IMG/VR virus record: IMGVR_UViG_3300012956_000001
Span: 153,730-217,729 of that record
Strand: one strand, 5' to 3'
Length of the DNA: 64,000 nt
From: a virus
Lineage: Duplodnaviria; Heunggongvirae; Uroviricota; Caudoviricetes
Position numbers and translations under genes: made by a program. Under the pieces are notes generated by a model. It saw only the letters and a list, made by a program, of their open reading frames with translations. It did not search any database and was not told the DNA's origin. How positions within the stretch are numbered: position 1 is the stretch's first letter; each line of letters opens with the position of its first letter. Positions 39,237 to 48,848 of the stretch are shown in pieces.

Positions 39237-39764
39237 ATGATATTGGACTATAATGAAGTGGCGGAGTGGATCGAAGTACATACCCGACGAGTTTCGCCTA
39301 TGCAAACTGGCTCACTCACCTTCAAACTAAATGAGTTTCAACAGACTCTACTATATGAGATTTGTAAATTTGATCGAATCATTACGGTCAAGGAACGTCA
39401 AGTTGGTGCATCTACATTATTGATGGGATTTGCACTGTACGTATCTGATGTACACAAGCAGGGAGTTGCATACTACACCCACACACCGGGCAACGAAGGC
39501 CGTAGATTTCGTAAGATAAATGGACATACAAGTGCAGATACCATTGATAGAATAAGATTTTGTCAACGAATAGAAAATATCTCTAGTTGGAATATATCCA
39601 CTGTTATTAGTGATACGCATGATATCTTTAGTCCAAATTTAGCACATGACATTCCAACAACAGCCAATTGTATAGGCCCCAACGATATAGCAAAGACTAT
39701 AATCGTCATTGATAAAATTCCAGAAATGGTGAAGGGAAAATATGCCGCTGATCACTACAAATAA
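39237..39764 (+). CDS. hypothetical protein
   Basis: 175-aa ORF. Confidence 0.35.
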   Translation: MILDYNEVAEWIEVHTRRVSPMQTGSLTFKLNEFQQTLLYEICKFDRIITVKERQVGASTLLMGFALYVSDVHKQGVAYYTHTPGNEGRRFRKINGHTSADTIDRIRFCQRIENISSWNISTVISDTHDIFSPNLAHDIPTTANCIGPNDIAKTIIVIDKIPEMVKGKYAADHYK

Positions 39765-40335
39765 ACCTCGTGTGTTGTATCTTGATGTTGACGATACACT
39801 TTTGATTTGGCAACGGACCACCGATGGCACGGATGGTGTTTCTGGATTTGCGGCACCAAGAGCTGCTGAATTCATTCGGTGGGCTGTGGAACACTTCGAG
39901 GTTCGTTGGTTGACCATGTGGTGCCCGCCGGGCACACTAGACCAACATTCAGCAGATGAATTGGAATACAGATTCAACAAGCGTATTTCTGCCCAAGAAT
40001 TTATGGCCATTCGCAATCCAATGAAATTTGAAGCAGGGCTTAAGACGGATGCTATTGATTTTGATGATCCCCTCCCGTGGGTCTGGGTCGAAGATGATAT
40101 AATGCTGACCGAGGAACAACTCCTACGTCGCAAGCATCTATACGATAACTTCTATCCTACGAATGTGAGCATAGACCCAACCAGATTACAATTAACGTGG
40201 CAAAAACTTGCACATCGATTTATGCTGCCCGATGCACCTAGTATCATTACCACGGAAGTAGATCACCCACCAACCGCCGTCCTAACCGAGGTGGAAATCA
40301 TGAAAATGTTTAGACCGAAAATGAGGATTTTATGA
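39742..40335 (+). CDS. HAD-like hypothetical protein
   Basis: LYLDVDDTLL resembles HAD motif I. Confidence 0.4.
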   Translation: MPLITTNKPRVLYLDVDDTLLIWQRTTDGTDGVSGFAAPRAAEFIRWAVEHFEVRWLTMWCPPGTLDQHSADELEYRFNKRISAQEFMAIRNPMKFEAGLKTDAIDFDDPLPWVWVEDDIMLTEEQLLRRKHLYDNFYPTNVSIDPTRLQLTWQKLAHRFMLPDAPSIITTEVDHPPTAVLTEVEIMKMFRPKMRIL

Positions 40336-40961
40336 CCGATGTAGTACAAATATCAGCCGATAAGGCACGATTCATAAGTGACACGCACTATGGACATGCC
40401 AATATCATCAAGTATTGTGGTCGTCCGTTTACGTATCCAGACACGTATCTAATGGACATGACAATGCTCAATCACTTCAAGGAAGCTGACGCATCTGGTA
40501 AGATCGTATTCCATTGTGGTGACTTCCTGTTCAACACCAAGAATCTTCTCAAAGATGATTGGCGACCAACCGGACAACACTACATTGTTCTTGGTAATCA
40601 CGACAAAGGTGCTGATCCAACTGGTAAGCATCGAGCCCTATATAGTGAATACTTTACACACATCATAGGTACGTCCTCAACGTGGAAAACACACACCCTA
40701 CGAATTTTGGTAGATGGTGTGGCCGTGGTACTGAGTCACGAACCACAAAGGCATCTCGGGGATGCACAGTATAATGTGTATGGACACCATCACAATAATC
40801 TGGTCAGACCGAACACCCACGACCCAGAACTAGTAGAACGAGACTATGGGTGGATATTCGACAATGATCGATACTACAATGCTGGCGTAGAACTCACCAA
40901 CTATAAGGCAGTCTCCCTCGAAGAACTGTCCACTCTCCCTAGACCCACGAAGTCGGCGTAA
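40332..40961 (+). CDS. calcineurin-like metallophosphoesterase
   Basis: ISDTHYGH (GDxHG-like) and LGNHDKG (GNHD) motifs. Confidence 0.7.
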   Translation: MTDVVQISADKARFISDTHYGHANIIKYCGRPFTYPDTYLMDMTMLNHFKEADASGKIVFHCGDFLFNTKNLLKDDWRPTGQHYIVLGNHDKGADPTGKHRALYSEYFTHIIGTSSTWKTHTLRILVDGVAVVLSHEPQRHLGDAQYNVYGHHHNNLVRPNTHDPELVERDYGWIFDNDRYYNAGVELTNYKAVSLEELSTLPRPTKSA

Positions 40962-40980
40962 CTGCCGACTTCTGTGTTTT
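40949..40980 (+). terminator. intrinsic terminator GAAGTCGGC-gtaact-GCCGACTTC then TGTGTTTTTC
   Basis: 9-bp perfect stem plus T-tract, overlapping stop codon. Confidence 0.6.
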
Positions 40981-41028
40981 TCTACTATCTTCTACTATTT
41001 ATAGTCAGTACCTTAACGGAGATAGTAC

Positions 41029-41208
41029 ATGGTCAAGCCACCTAATGACGCGGAATACGGAACGATTCAAATCCGGCGTCATGTCAAAGATCAAGTCGTA
41101 GATTTTTGTAATCGAAAAGGATTGAAAATCGGTCGATTTGTAGAGAATTTGTTTTTACACGCTGTATCTGGCTCCGGCGGAACATTCAGCGGATCTATGG
41201 AGAAATAA
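41029..41208 (+). CDS. small ribbon-helix-helix (CopG/Arc-like) DNA-binding protein, 59 aa, not in ORF track
   Basis: GTIQIRRHVKDQVVDFCNRKGLKIGRFVENLFL = beta-strand then two helices; GGAGA RBS; stop 1 nt before next ATG. Confidence 0.45.
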   Translation: MVKPPNDAEYGTIQIRRHVKDQVVDFCNRKGLKIGRFVENLFLHAVSGSGGTFSGSMEK

Positions 41209-41209
41209 T

Positions 41210-41473
41210 ATGAAAGTATGGAAATTGTGTATTGCATTAATTCGTGAGTACGGACTATTCGGCGAATTGACAGATTTAAACTTTTCAAAGTATACACCAC
41301 TAGTCAACAAGACTCTATCAGTACCTCTGAAAGATGGCGAAAATTTGAAAGTAGATTACAGAGAGGTAGATAAAATACTTCGAACCACACCAGGCGGAGG
41401 ATTCGTCGCCACTCATAATAATTGGTCAACCAGTACAAAAGATCCCATCAACGACAAGCCGGTTGGATCATAA
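41210..41473 (+). CDS. hypothetical protein
   Basis: 87-aa ORF immediately after RHH-like ORF. Confidence 0.4.
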   Translation: MKVWKLCIALIREYGLFGELTDLNFSKYTPLVNKTLSVPLKDGENLKVDYREVDKILRTTPGGGFVATHNNWSTSTKDPINDKPVGS

Positions 41474-41476
41474 ATT

Positions 41477-42058
41477 ATGACAACATCAGAAATTGTTACT
41501 CCTGCTGTAACTAAGCCACCCAGAGATGGTTGGCTACCCAAGGATCAACGTAAGAAGATACTGTTGTTAAGTGACGATCTCCGCATGCCGAGTGGCGTTG
41601 GCGTTATGTCCAAGGAAATCGTTTCTCAAACATGTCATCGACTAAACTGGGTTCAACTGGGTGCTGCTATCAACCATCCAGAGGTAGGTAAGGGTGTGGA
41701 TGTATCAGAATCGTTGAGTGCTGAAGTGGGCGTTGAAGACACGTACCTTCGTGTGTTTCCCTACAACGGATATGGTGACCCGGGCATTCTTCGTTGGTTG
41801 TTGAAGACGGAAAAGCCCGATGCCATTATGCACTTTACCGATCCTCGCTTCTGGGGATGGCTCTATCAGATGGAACACGAAATTCGTAGAGAAATTCCAA
41901 TTACATATTTGCACGTTTGGGACGATGTACCATTCCCCCGATATAACAGAGATTTCTATAGATCGTGTGATGCCATTTTTAGCATTTCTAAGCAAACACA
42001 TAATATCGTAAAGCAGGTTGTAGGTGTTGAAAATGTTGAATCCATTAAAGTGTATTGA
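41477..42058 (+). CDS. glycosyltransferase family 4 (GT-B), N-terminal half; ends at in-frame TGA
   Basis: KILLLSDDLRMPSGVGV resembles GT4 N-terminal Rossmann; same frame as 42065 ORF. Confidence 0.5.
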   Translation: MTTSEIVTPAVTKPPRDGWLPKDQRKKILLLSDDLRMPSGVGVMSKEIVSQTCHRLNWVQLGAAINHPEVGKGVDVSESLSAEVGVEDTYLRVFPYNGYGDPGILRWLLKTEKPDAIMHFTDPRFWGWLYQMEHEIRREIPITYLHVWDDVPFPRYNRDFYRSCDAIFSISKQTHNIVKQVVGVENVESIKVY

Positions 42059-42064
42059 GGATAT

Positions 42065-42985
42065 ATGCCACAACCAAAGCGTGAACATGATGAATCCAAG
42101 TTAAAAATTGCGTATATCCCACACGGCGTAGATTCAAATCTGTGGAAGCGTCTCACCACAGAAGAAGAACTGAAGGCCGCAGCAGAAGTACGTACCAGAA
42201 TGTTTGGTGCTGATGCTGACAAGGTTAAGTTCGTTGTACTATACAACAACCGAAATATTCGTCGTAAGATGACGGGTGATGTAATTTTGGCATATCAACG
42301 ATTCCTAGAAAAGCTTACACCACAAGAACGTGATGCATGCAGATTGCTATTTCATACGGCTCCTGTGGACGACAATGGTACCGACCTCTTTGCTGTTCTC
42401 CGCGATCTTGCACCAGAGGTTAAGGCCATATTCTCCACAGATCGTGTGTCCACAGAAGATATGGTGAAGATTTACCATAACTGTGATGTGGTCATCAATC
42501 TGGCGTCGAACGAAGGCTTTGGTATAGGAACACTGGAAGCGATCATGTCAGAGAAGATGATCGTTGCTAATGTCACCGGCGGACTTCAAGATCAGATGGG
42601 TTTTGTAGACGAAGATGGTAACTCATTAGACGCTGATGTACATTACAATGCAGAATGGAGCACCAACGCCGATGGCACATATCGTGAACATGGTGAGTGG
42701 GTAGTTCCTGTATTTCCAAACAACCGTGCCTTGATCGGGTCACCTCCAACCCCATACATCTTCGATGATCGTTGTGATTGGCGTGACGCAGCTGATGCAC
42801 TACACGAAGTATACAAGCTTGGACCAGAGGAACGAGCCCGTCGAGGCAAGCTAGGTCGTGAATGGGCTATGAAGCCTTCCGTGGGCATGACGGCCGAAGA
42901 GATGGGCCAACGACTATTAAAGGCATTTGATAATGTCTTTACCACATGGACGCCAAGAAAGTCATTTGGCATTTACAAGGCATAA
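42065..42985 (+). CDS. glycosyltransferase family 4, C-terminal donor-binding half
   Basis: VINLASNEGFGIGTLEAIMSEKMIVANVTGG matches GT4 E-x7-E region. Confidence 0.65.
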   Translation: MPQPKREHDESKLKIAYIPHGVDSNLWKRLTTEEELKAAAEVRTRMFGADADKVKFVVLYNNRNIRRKMTGDVILAYQRFLEKLTPQERDACRLLFHTAPVDDNGTDLFAVLRDLAPEVKAIFSTDRVSTEDMVKIYHNCDVVINLASNEGFGIGTLEAIMSEKMIVANVTGGLQDQMGFVDEDGNSLDADVHYNAEWSTNADGTYREHGEWVVPVFPNNRALIGSPPTPYIFDDRCDWRDAADALHEVYKLGPEERARRGKLGREWAMKPSVGMTAEEMGQRLLKAFDNVFTTWTPRKSFGIYKA

Positions 42986-43280
42986 TATGACAGACAAACT
43001 AACTCCCGTGATGGAAGAGCTTCAACCTGTATTGGATAGCTTTTTGAAGATACACATCAATCAGCCATTGACAGATGAACTGAAAGAAATCCTAGTTCAT
43101 CTATTGGACGCCAAACTCACCGACGCAGGTTACACAGATCGACTGATTCGTGTTACAGAAGCGTTACCTGGCGAACCAACGATGATTATGGTGTTTACCA
43201 GAAATGACAATGATAAGGCAGAGAACAAGATTACAGCTACTACAATTTCTATTAGAGATACTATAGATGGGGACATTTGA
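42927..43280 (+). CDS. hypothetical protein
   Basis: 117-aa ORF. Confidence 0.3.
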   Translation: MIMSLPHGRQESHLAFTRHNMTDKLTPVMEELQPVLDSFLKIHINQPLTDELKEILVHLLDAKLTDAGYTDRLIRVTEALPGEPTMIMVFTRNDNDKAENKITATTISIRDTIDGDI

Positions 43281-44635
43281 TAATGAATAAACCGATGTGT
43301 ATAATTCAAAGCCCACTAGAAACACGTTCTGGCTATGGTGACATGGCCCGAGATATCGCACGTCATATTATTGAGTTGGATCTATATGATGTAAAGCTTG
43401 TTAGTTTGCCGTGGGGTGCCACGCCAATGAATGCACTAGATCCGGTCAAGGATATAGAGCTCATCAAGCGAATTGCACAACCACCAGTTCAGCTGCCCCG
43501 TCAGCCGGAATTGTTTATTCAGATTTCTGTACCAAATGAATTTCAACCAATCGGTAAGTACAATATTGGCATTACGGCTGGTATTGAAACCACACTAGTA
43601 TCGTTACCGTGGATTCAAGGTTGTAACCGAATGAATGCCATTTGGACGATCTCACAACACTCGAAGGAAGTGTTGATGAACACCACCATAGAAGAAAAGG
43701 ATCAATCGGGTCGAGTCACTGCGACAACAAAGTTAAACGTACCAATTGACATTTTACACAATTGTATACATCCAGACATTATCAAGAAGATTACCGTAGA
43801 AGAAATTTCTGATCCGGTACGATCTGTGATGAGCAATGTAAAGGAAAAGTTTGCTTATCTGTTTGTTGGTCATTGGCTCCGTGGTAACATGGGCGAGGAT
43901 CGAAAGAATGTTGGTCTATTAATTAAAATCTTCTGTGAGACATTCAAGACGACTTCCTCCGTGAATCGACCGGCTCTTATACTAAAGACCTCAGGCGCCG
44001 GATTCAGCATCCTCGACCGAGAAGATTGTTTGAACAAGATTCAACAAATTCGTGGTAGTGTGGGTCCGAACTGTCCAAACGTATACTTGCTTCACGGCGA
44101 ACTGTCTGATTCAGAAATGAATCAATTGTACAATCACCCAAAGGTTAAGGCACACGTTAGCTTTACGAAGGGTGAGGGCTTCGGCCGTCCACTTCTAGAG
44201 GCTACCATAAGTCAAAAGCCAGTAATTGCATCTAATTGGTCAGGCCATCTAGACTTCTTAAATGTTGATGAAGCCATATTGGTTCCTGGCGAATTACGGC
44301 CTGTAGAGCCGGGTGCTGTCTGGGAGAACGTCATCATTCCACAGTCGGCATGGTTTAACGTGGACCCCAACAATGCCGCGTCAGCATTGATGCATGTGTT
44401 TAAGCGATATGATCAATTCTTGCTACCAGCCAAGAGGCTGGCCAAGAAGAATCTTGAACAGTTCTCGTACGAGGCCATTAAGAAGCAGACAGCTGATCTA
44501 TTGGCCAAGTATGTACCGGCATTCGTCATGGAAGTACCTGTCAATCTGCCTACCTTAAAGAAGCTTGGCGGCAAGCCCGCACAACCTACCGTCTTACCTA
44601 CACTAAAGAAGATTGTTGCAAATGAAGAAAACTAA
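43277..44635 (+). CDS. glycosyltransferase family 4
   Basis: SFTKGEGFGRPLLEATISQKPVIASNWSG GT4 signature; 452 aa. Confidence 0.7.
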   Translation: MIMNKPMCIIQSPLETRSGYGDMARDIARHIIELDLYDVKLVSLPWGATPMNALDPVKDIELIKRIAQPPVQLPRQPELFIQISVPNEFQPIGKYNIGITAGIETTLVSLPWIQGCNRMNAIWTISQHSKEVLMNTTIEEKDQSGRVTATTKLNVPIDILHNCIHPDIIKKITVEEISDPVRSVMSNVKEKFAYLFVGHWLRGNMGEDRKNVGLLIKIFCETFKTTSSVNRPALILKTSGAGFSILDREDCLNKIQQIRGSVGPNCPNVYLLHGELSDSEMNQLYNHPKVKAHVSFTKGEGFGRPLLEATISQKPVIASNWSGHLDFLNVDEAILVPGELRPVEPGAVWENVIIPQSAWFNVDPNNAASALMHVFKRYDQFLLPAKRLAKKNLEQFSYEAIKKQTADLLAKYVPAFVMEVPVNLPTLKKLGGKPAQPTVLPTLKKIVANEEN

Positions 44636-45041
44636 GCTTCCACTTCAAAGTGCTAAGCTCGAATCTGAAAGTGCCCAACACTTGGCAAGTCACAGATCGT
44701 ATATGTCAAATGCAACAAAGATTACTCCAAAGCAAATCTCGGTGGGCGATGTAATTCAGTTCATGTATGACGGCGAACAGCGAACGGTCTATGTGATGAA
44801 TCCAGATTGGGCAATGAAGTTACACGGACTGTCCATGAAGGCAATTGATCGCAGAACATTGATGGTTGAAGTCGTAGCTAAGTCAGATCTGTATAAGAGT
44901 CCACAAGACTTCTATACACGCGTACTAAGTCAAGGTCCGGTGAGTAAAACAGATTCGTATAGAACGTATGATCTCAGAAAGATGGGCAACATCATGAAGG
45001 TTGAATATCAAATCGATGAACGGGGTCGTGAAGAACTATGA
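44613..45041 (+). CDS. hypothetical protein
   Basis: 142-aa ORF. Confidence 0.3.
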   Translation: MLQMKKTKLPLQSAKLESESAQHLASHRSYMSNATKITPKQISVGDVIQFMYDGEQRTVYVMNPDWAMKLHGLSMKAIDRRTLMVEVVAKSDLYKSPQDFYTRVLSQGPVSKTDSYRTYDLRKMGNIMKVEYQIDERGREEL

Positions 45042-45778
45042 TCAATGTCATATATCGGTTGAGTGACAACGGATACAACAAGCCCAAGTTTCCTAATGCA
45101 ACAAAACTGCACTGCTTTAAAAACATGTTGTCTCAATTTCATCCAAATTGGGTACATGTCTTTGTAGACGAAACTAATTTGTTGCCGGAAACTAGACAGG
45201 CAATGATCGATGAGAACAATCATTGGTGGGCAGAATACGGAGATCAAATTGGAGCCGGATTTGGACACTTTGAATTCTACACGGCTGGTAGTTCAGCAGC
45301 CAGTTGGCGACATGTTTTTGACTTTGCACTAAATAAGTTTCGACCGGAAGAATATGTGTACTTTGTGGAAGATGATTATCTACATCTGGAAGGTGCACGG
45401 TCAATATTAACACAGGGATTACAAATTGCAGATTACGTTAGTCTGTACGATCATAATGACAAGTACATACCAGCATCCCAAGGTGGCAATCCGTTCATTG
45501 ATGAAGATGCAGGCGAAGTAACCAAGGTATTTCGTACCAAAGATGTACACTGGAAGCTTACCAATAGTACCACGATGACGTTTGCTACTACGGTTGCTCA
45601 ACTACGTGAAGATGAGGCCACTTGGCGTGAATTTACACAAGGATCACATCCAAACGATTTCTCTTGTTTTTTGAAACTACGTGAACTTGGTCGATCATTG
45701 ATTACACCCATCCCCGGCTATTCCACACACTGCGAACCACGCTGGGCAAGTCCTGGCACTGATTGGGATGTCGTATGA
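45038..45778 (+). CDS. putative GT-A-fold glycosyltransferase
   Basis: YVYFVEDDYLH DxD-like motif; context. Confidence 0.35.
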   Translation: MINVIYRLSDNGYNKPKFPNATKLHCFKNMLSQFHPNWVHVFVDETNLLPETRQAMIDENNHWWAEYGDQIGAGFGHFEFYTAGSSAASWRHVFDFALNKFRPEEYVYFVEDDYLHLEGARSILTQGLQIADYVSLYDHNDKYIPASQGGNPFIDEDAGEVTKVFRTKDVHWKLTNSTTMTFATTVAQLREDEATWREFTQGSHPNDFSCFLKLRELGRSLITPIPGYSTHCEPRWASPGTDWDVV

Positions 45779-46629
45779 AAGATTTGTTAATTGGTGCAGC
45801 TGATCTATATGATTGGTCCAAGATAAAGGTATGGGCCACTTCAGCACGCCAAAGTGGCTTTACGGGTGATATTGTATTGTTGACGTATCGCGTTGCACCG
45901 GATGTAGTTGAACATGCCAGTAAGCTAGGCGTCGATGTATATCAAATTGAGCACAATTCCTTTGGTGGTCCGATTACACATAATGATAAGGGGCGAGATA
46001 CCCAGGCACATCAGTTGCGATTCTTTCATATGTGGCAATTCTTATCCACTGATGACAAATATCAAGAATATGATCGTATTATAACTACCGATGTTCGGGA
46101 TGTGTGGTTTCAAAAAAATCCGTCAGATTGGTTAGATAAACATCGTGATATATTATGTAAGTCGCCACTGGTAGCATCATCAGAGGGCATCAAATATAAA
46201 GATGAACCGTGGGGCGCTGATAACATGATTAACGGATTTGGGCCTTTAGTATGGAATGTTGCAAAAGAATGGACCATATACAACGTTGGAGTGGTGGCTG
46301 GACAATCATTTCGTATGATGGGGTTGTTCTTAACGTTGTATCACATGACTACTGGTAGATACATCCCATCAGATCAATCTGCATATAACATATTAACCAA
46401 TCAAACCATGGCTACTCAATTTATGAACACTATGCACATTGATGATTGGGCATGCCAATGTGGTACGGTTCTAGATCCACAAAAATCTCATTTGGAATTG
46501 TCTGACCAACGACCAATCGTATTACCAGATGGTCATGTCATAAATCCTAGTGGTGAAGAATACCACATTGTACATCAGTATGATCGAGTTCCAAAAATAC
46601 TTTCCTTAGTGGAGTCGTTATATGCCTGA
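45775..46629 (+). CDS. hypothetical protein, possible nucleotide-sugar transferase (DxD: TTDVRDVWF)
   Basis: ATGA overlap at 45775; context in glycosylation island. Confidence 0.3.
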   Translation: MKDLLIGAADLYDWSKIKVWATSARQSGFTGDIVLLTYRVAPDVVEHASKLGVDVYQIEHNSFGGPITHNDKGRDTQAHQLRFFHMWQFLSTDDKYQEYDRIITTDVRDVWFQKNPSDWLDKHRDILCKSPLVASSEGIKYKDEPWGADNMINGFGPLVWNVAKEWTIYNVGVVAGQSFRMMGLFLTLYHMTTGRYIPSDQSAYNILTNQTMATQFMNTMHIDDWACQCGTVLDPQKSHLELSDQRPIVLPDGHVINPSGEEYHIVHQYDRVPKILSLVESLYA

Positions 46630-46744
46630 TATACCACCCAAGCCTAAGCCACCAGAACTAGAAGATCTCCCCGATCACATCAGTCCGTGGTTCGCCCTAT
46701 TATTTGTAATTCCCTTTGTCATCCTCATCATTCGGTCTCTATGA
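46622..46744 (+). CDS. 40-aa Pro-rich peptide with C-terminal transmembrane anchor, not in ORF track
   Basis: MPDIPPKPKPPELEDLPDHISPWFALLFVIPFVILIIRSL; start overlaps upstream stop, stop overlaps downstream ATG (cTATGAt). Confidence 0.35.
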   Translation: MPDIPPKPKPPELEDLPDHISPWFALLFVIPFVILIIRSL

Positions 46745-48210
46745 TATCCATCGTTGTATGTTATCGTAATCGTGAAGAACATCTCAAAAAGTTTGTACCG
46801 CATATGCGACAATTCTTTAGAGATACACCACACGAAATCATCATTGTTGAACAGGCCGACAATCTTCGGTTCCGCCGTGGCAATCTATTGAACGAAGGCG
46901 TTCGTATTGCCAAGGGCGATGTGATTGCTTTGCATGACGTAGATTACCTACCAACGGAAGGTACATCATATTGGCAGGATGGAACCGATGTACACCGACC
47001 AGCTGGCCGTGTAGAATTTATTTTGATGGACGGGTCGCCCCGACCAGAAGAAGATATTCCATCTGGCTATCGTCACTTTAAAGATAAGGTAGATGATGAT
47101 TTCTTTGGCGCTGTGACGGTGTTTAGCAAAGAAGCAATTTGGAAAATTAACGGATTTAACCCACTATATGACGGATGGGGATTAGAAGATGCAGATCTCA
47201 GACAAAGGATTGCTGCCAGCGGATTGCACGTGTCCAGCGGACACAACCTGTTCCAGGCCTTGCCGCATGCGGACTCATTCCCAGGCCTCAGCGACGAGGG
47301 GTTCCAGCATAACCAAAGGATATTTTCCCAGGCAGATGAATTTCGACTACTTGGCATTAACACAACCTTCCCAACCGTCATGGCTCGATCAGATAAGGCT
47401 AAGGAATGGGGCGTGGATCAATGGATTGAAGCAACGAATTTTACGGCGGTTTCGCCGGAATTAACAGCGTACATGACCGTAGACAACGTATCTGAGATGT
47501 ACGAAGATACACCTGATGTGCATACATTAATCTGGAAGAACTTCAAGACGCTTGTCAACGCAACGCCACATTTAAAAGAACATCGTGATTGGGTTGTTCA
47601 AAATAACTGGGGCTATGGCAATCGAGCATTTCACTGGATGTGGAATATTCTAATTCAGCAGGCACCACAAAACTTCAAGTTCTTGGAGATTGGTGTATTC
47701 AAGGGTCAAACGATTAGCTTGATTTCCATGTTAAATGGAATTCACCGGAAGAACGGTACAGTATACGGCGTCACTCCATTGAGTAAGTCTGGTGACAAGT
47801 ATGCAACACACCCAGATATTAATTACGAAGAATGTATACAACACATCTATGGTCAATTTAAGCTTGATGCATCCGATCTCAATATCATTGAAGGATACAG
47901 TAATGACCAAGCAATTATTGACATATCCACACAAGAAGGCCCGTATGATTTTGTATATGTGGATGGCTGTCATGACTATGATGTAGTCGTTTCCGACCTA
48001 GAGAAATATGGCGATATGCTCCGGGTTGGTGGATACTTAGTAGTAGACGATAGTAGTAATAATCTACAGATTCCAGATGGACTAATTCGCATGAATTGGC
48101 GTGGACTGCCAGATGTTACGAAGGCCGTTGAGGATGTACTAGAAACAAATTCCAAATTCACTCATCGGTTTGCCGTCGGGCACAATCGAATCTTTCAGAG
48201 GATTGCATGA
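46741..48210 (+). CDS. bifunctional glycosyltransferase (GT-A, beta-4-galactosyltransferase-like) / class I SAM methyltransferase
   Basis: N-term SIVVCYRNREEHL...IIIVEQ...FRRGNLLNEG...HDVDYLP (GT-A DxD); C-term LEIGVFKGQT and DFVYVDGCHDYD (Methyltransf_24-like). Confidence 0.6.
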   Translation: MISIVVCYRNREEHLKKFVPHMRQFFRDTPHEIIIVEQADNLRFRRGNLLNEGVRIAKGDVIALHDVDYLPTEGTSYWQDGTDVHRPAGRVEFILMDGSPRPEEDIPSGYRHFKDKVDDDFFGAVTVFSKEAIWKINGFNPLYDGWGLEDADLRQRIAASGLHVSSGHNLFQALPHADSFPGLSDEGFQHNQRIFSQADEFRLLGINTTFPTVMARSDKAKEWGVDQWIEATNFTAVSPELTAYMTVDNVSEMYEDTPDVHTLIWKNFKTLVNATPHLKEHRDWVVQNNWGYGNRAFHWMWNILIQQAPQNFKFLEIGVFKGQTISLISMLNGIHRKNGTVYGVTPLSKSGDKYATHPDINYEECIQHIYGQFKLDASDLNIIEGYSNDQAIIDISTQEGPYDFVYVDGCHDYDVVVSDLEKYGDMLRVGGYLVVDDSSNNLQIPDGLIRMNWRGLPDVTKAVEDVLETNSKFTHRFAVGHNRIFQRIA

Positions 48211-48848
48211 TGCTATTACAGAAAAAGATTGCAGGTATACTTGAAGACCTAAAGGCAGGCAAGCCCGTTATTGTCGTTGACAATTATGATCGTGAAAATG
48301 AAGGCGATCTGGTCATGGCTGCTGAGAAGGTAGATGCCAAGACACTTGCATTTATTGCACGAGAAGCTCGAGGCATCATGTGCATTCCTACAGCAAAGAC
48401 CATTCTTGATAGACTTGAAATTCCGATGAGTCCATCAAACAACAATGACAAGTTTAGTACGCCGTTTACGGTGAGTATTGATGCTCGTGATGGCGTCACA
48501 ACGGGTGTAAGCGTAGAAGATCGTATGGTTACAATTGGATTGGTGCTTGACGAAACCACCAAGCCAGAACAGTTGGCCTATCCGGGTCACCTATTCCCAC
48601 TTCGTCCTCGTCGTGGATTGCTTAAGGAACGTCAGGGACACACCGAAGCGTCGGTACAACTGTGCTTGATGGCGAAGATGAAGCCGGTTGCAATTATCTG
48701 TGAAATTATGAATAATGATGGTTCTATGGCACGCGTTCCCGATCTAGAACTATTCTCTATTGAACACAATTTGAATATGATCTCAATTGATGAAATTATA
48801 GAGTTCTGTGAACATGCTGGATGGGAGCCATCGGAGGATGTAGGCTAA
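48207..48848 (+). CDS. ribB: 3,4-dihydroxy-2-butanone-4-phosphate synthase
   Basis: VIVVDNYDRENEGDLVMAAE matches DHBP synthase signature (DDEDRENEGDL), about 213 aa as for RibB. Confidence 0.75.
   Translation: MMLLQKKIAGILEDLKAGKPVIVVDNYDRENEGDLVMAAEKVDAKTLAFIAREARGIMCIPTAKTILDRLEIPMSPSNNNDKFSTPFTVSIDARDGVTTGVSVEDRMVTIGLVLDETTKPEQLAYPGHLFPLRPRRGLLKERQGHTEASVQLCLMAKMKPVAIICEIMNNDGSMARVPDLELFSIEHNLNMISIDEIIEFCEHAGWEPSEDVG

Noticed and set aside
39237-39764. Possible terminase-large-subunit-like fragment (KERQVGASTLL)
   Set aside because: Resemblance rests on one short string; protein is only 175 aa and lacks Walker B or nuclease motifs.
41477-42985. Genome-wide TGA reassignment as explanation for the in-frame TGA
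   Set aside because: TGA functions as stop in multiple ATGA overlaps (e.g. 4229, 11603, 45775, 53949), so the standard code is in use. The event is local.
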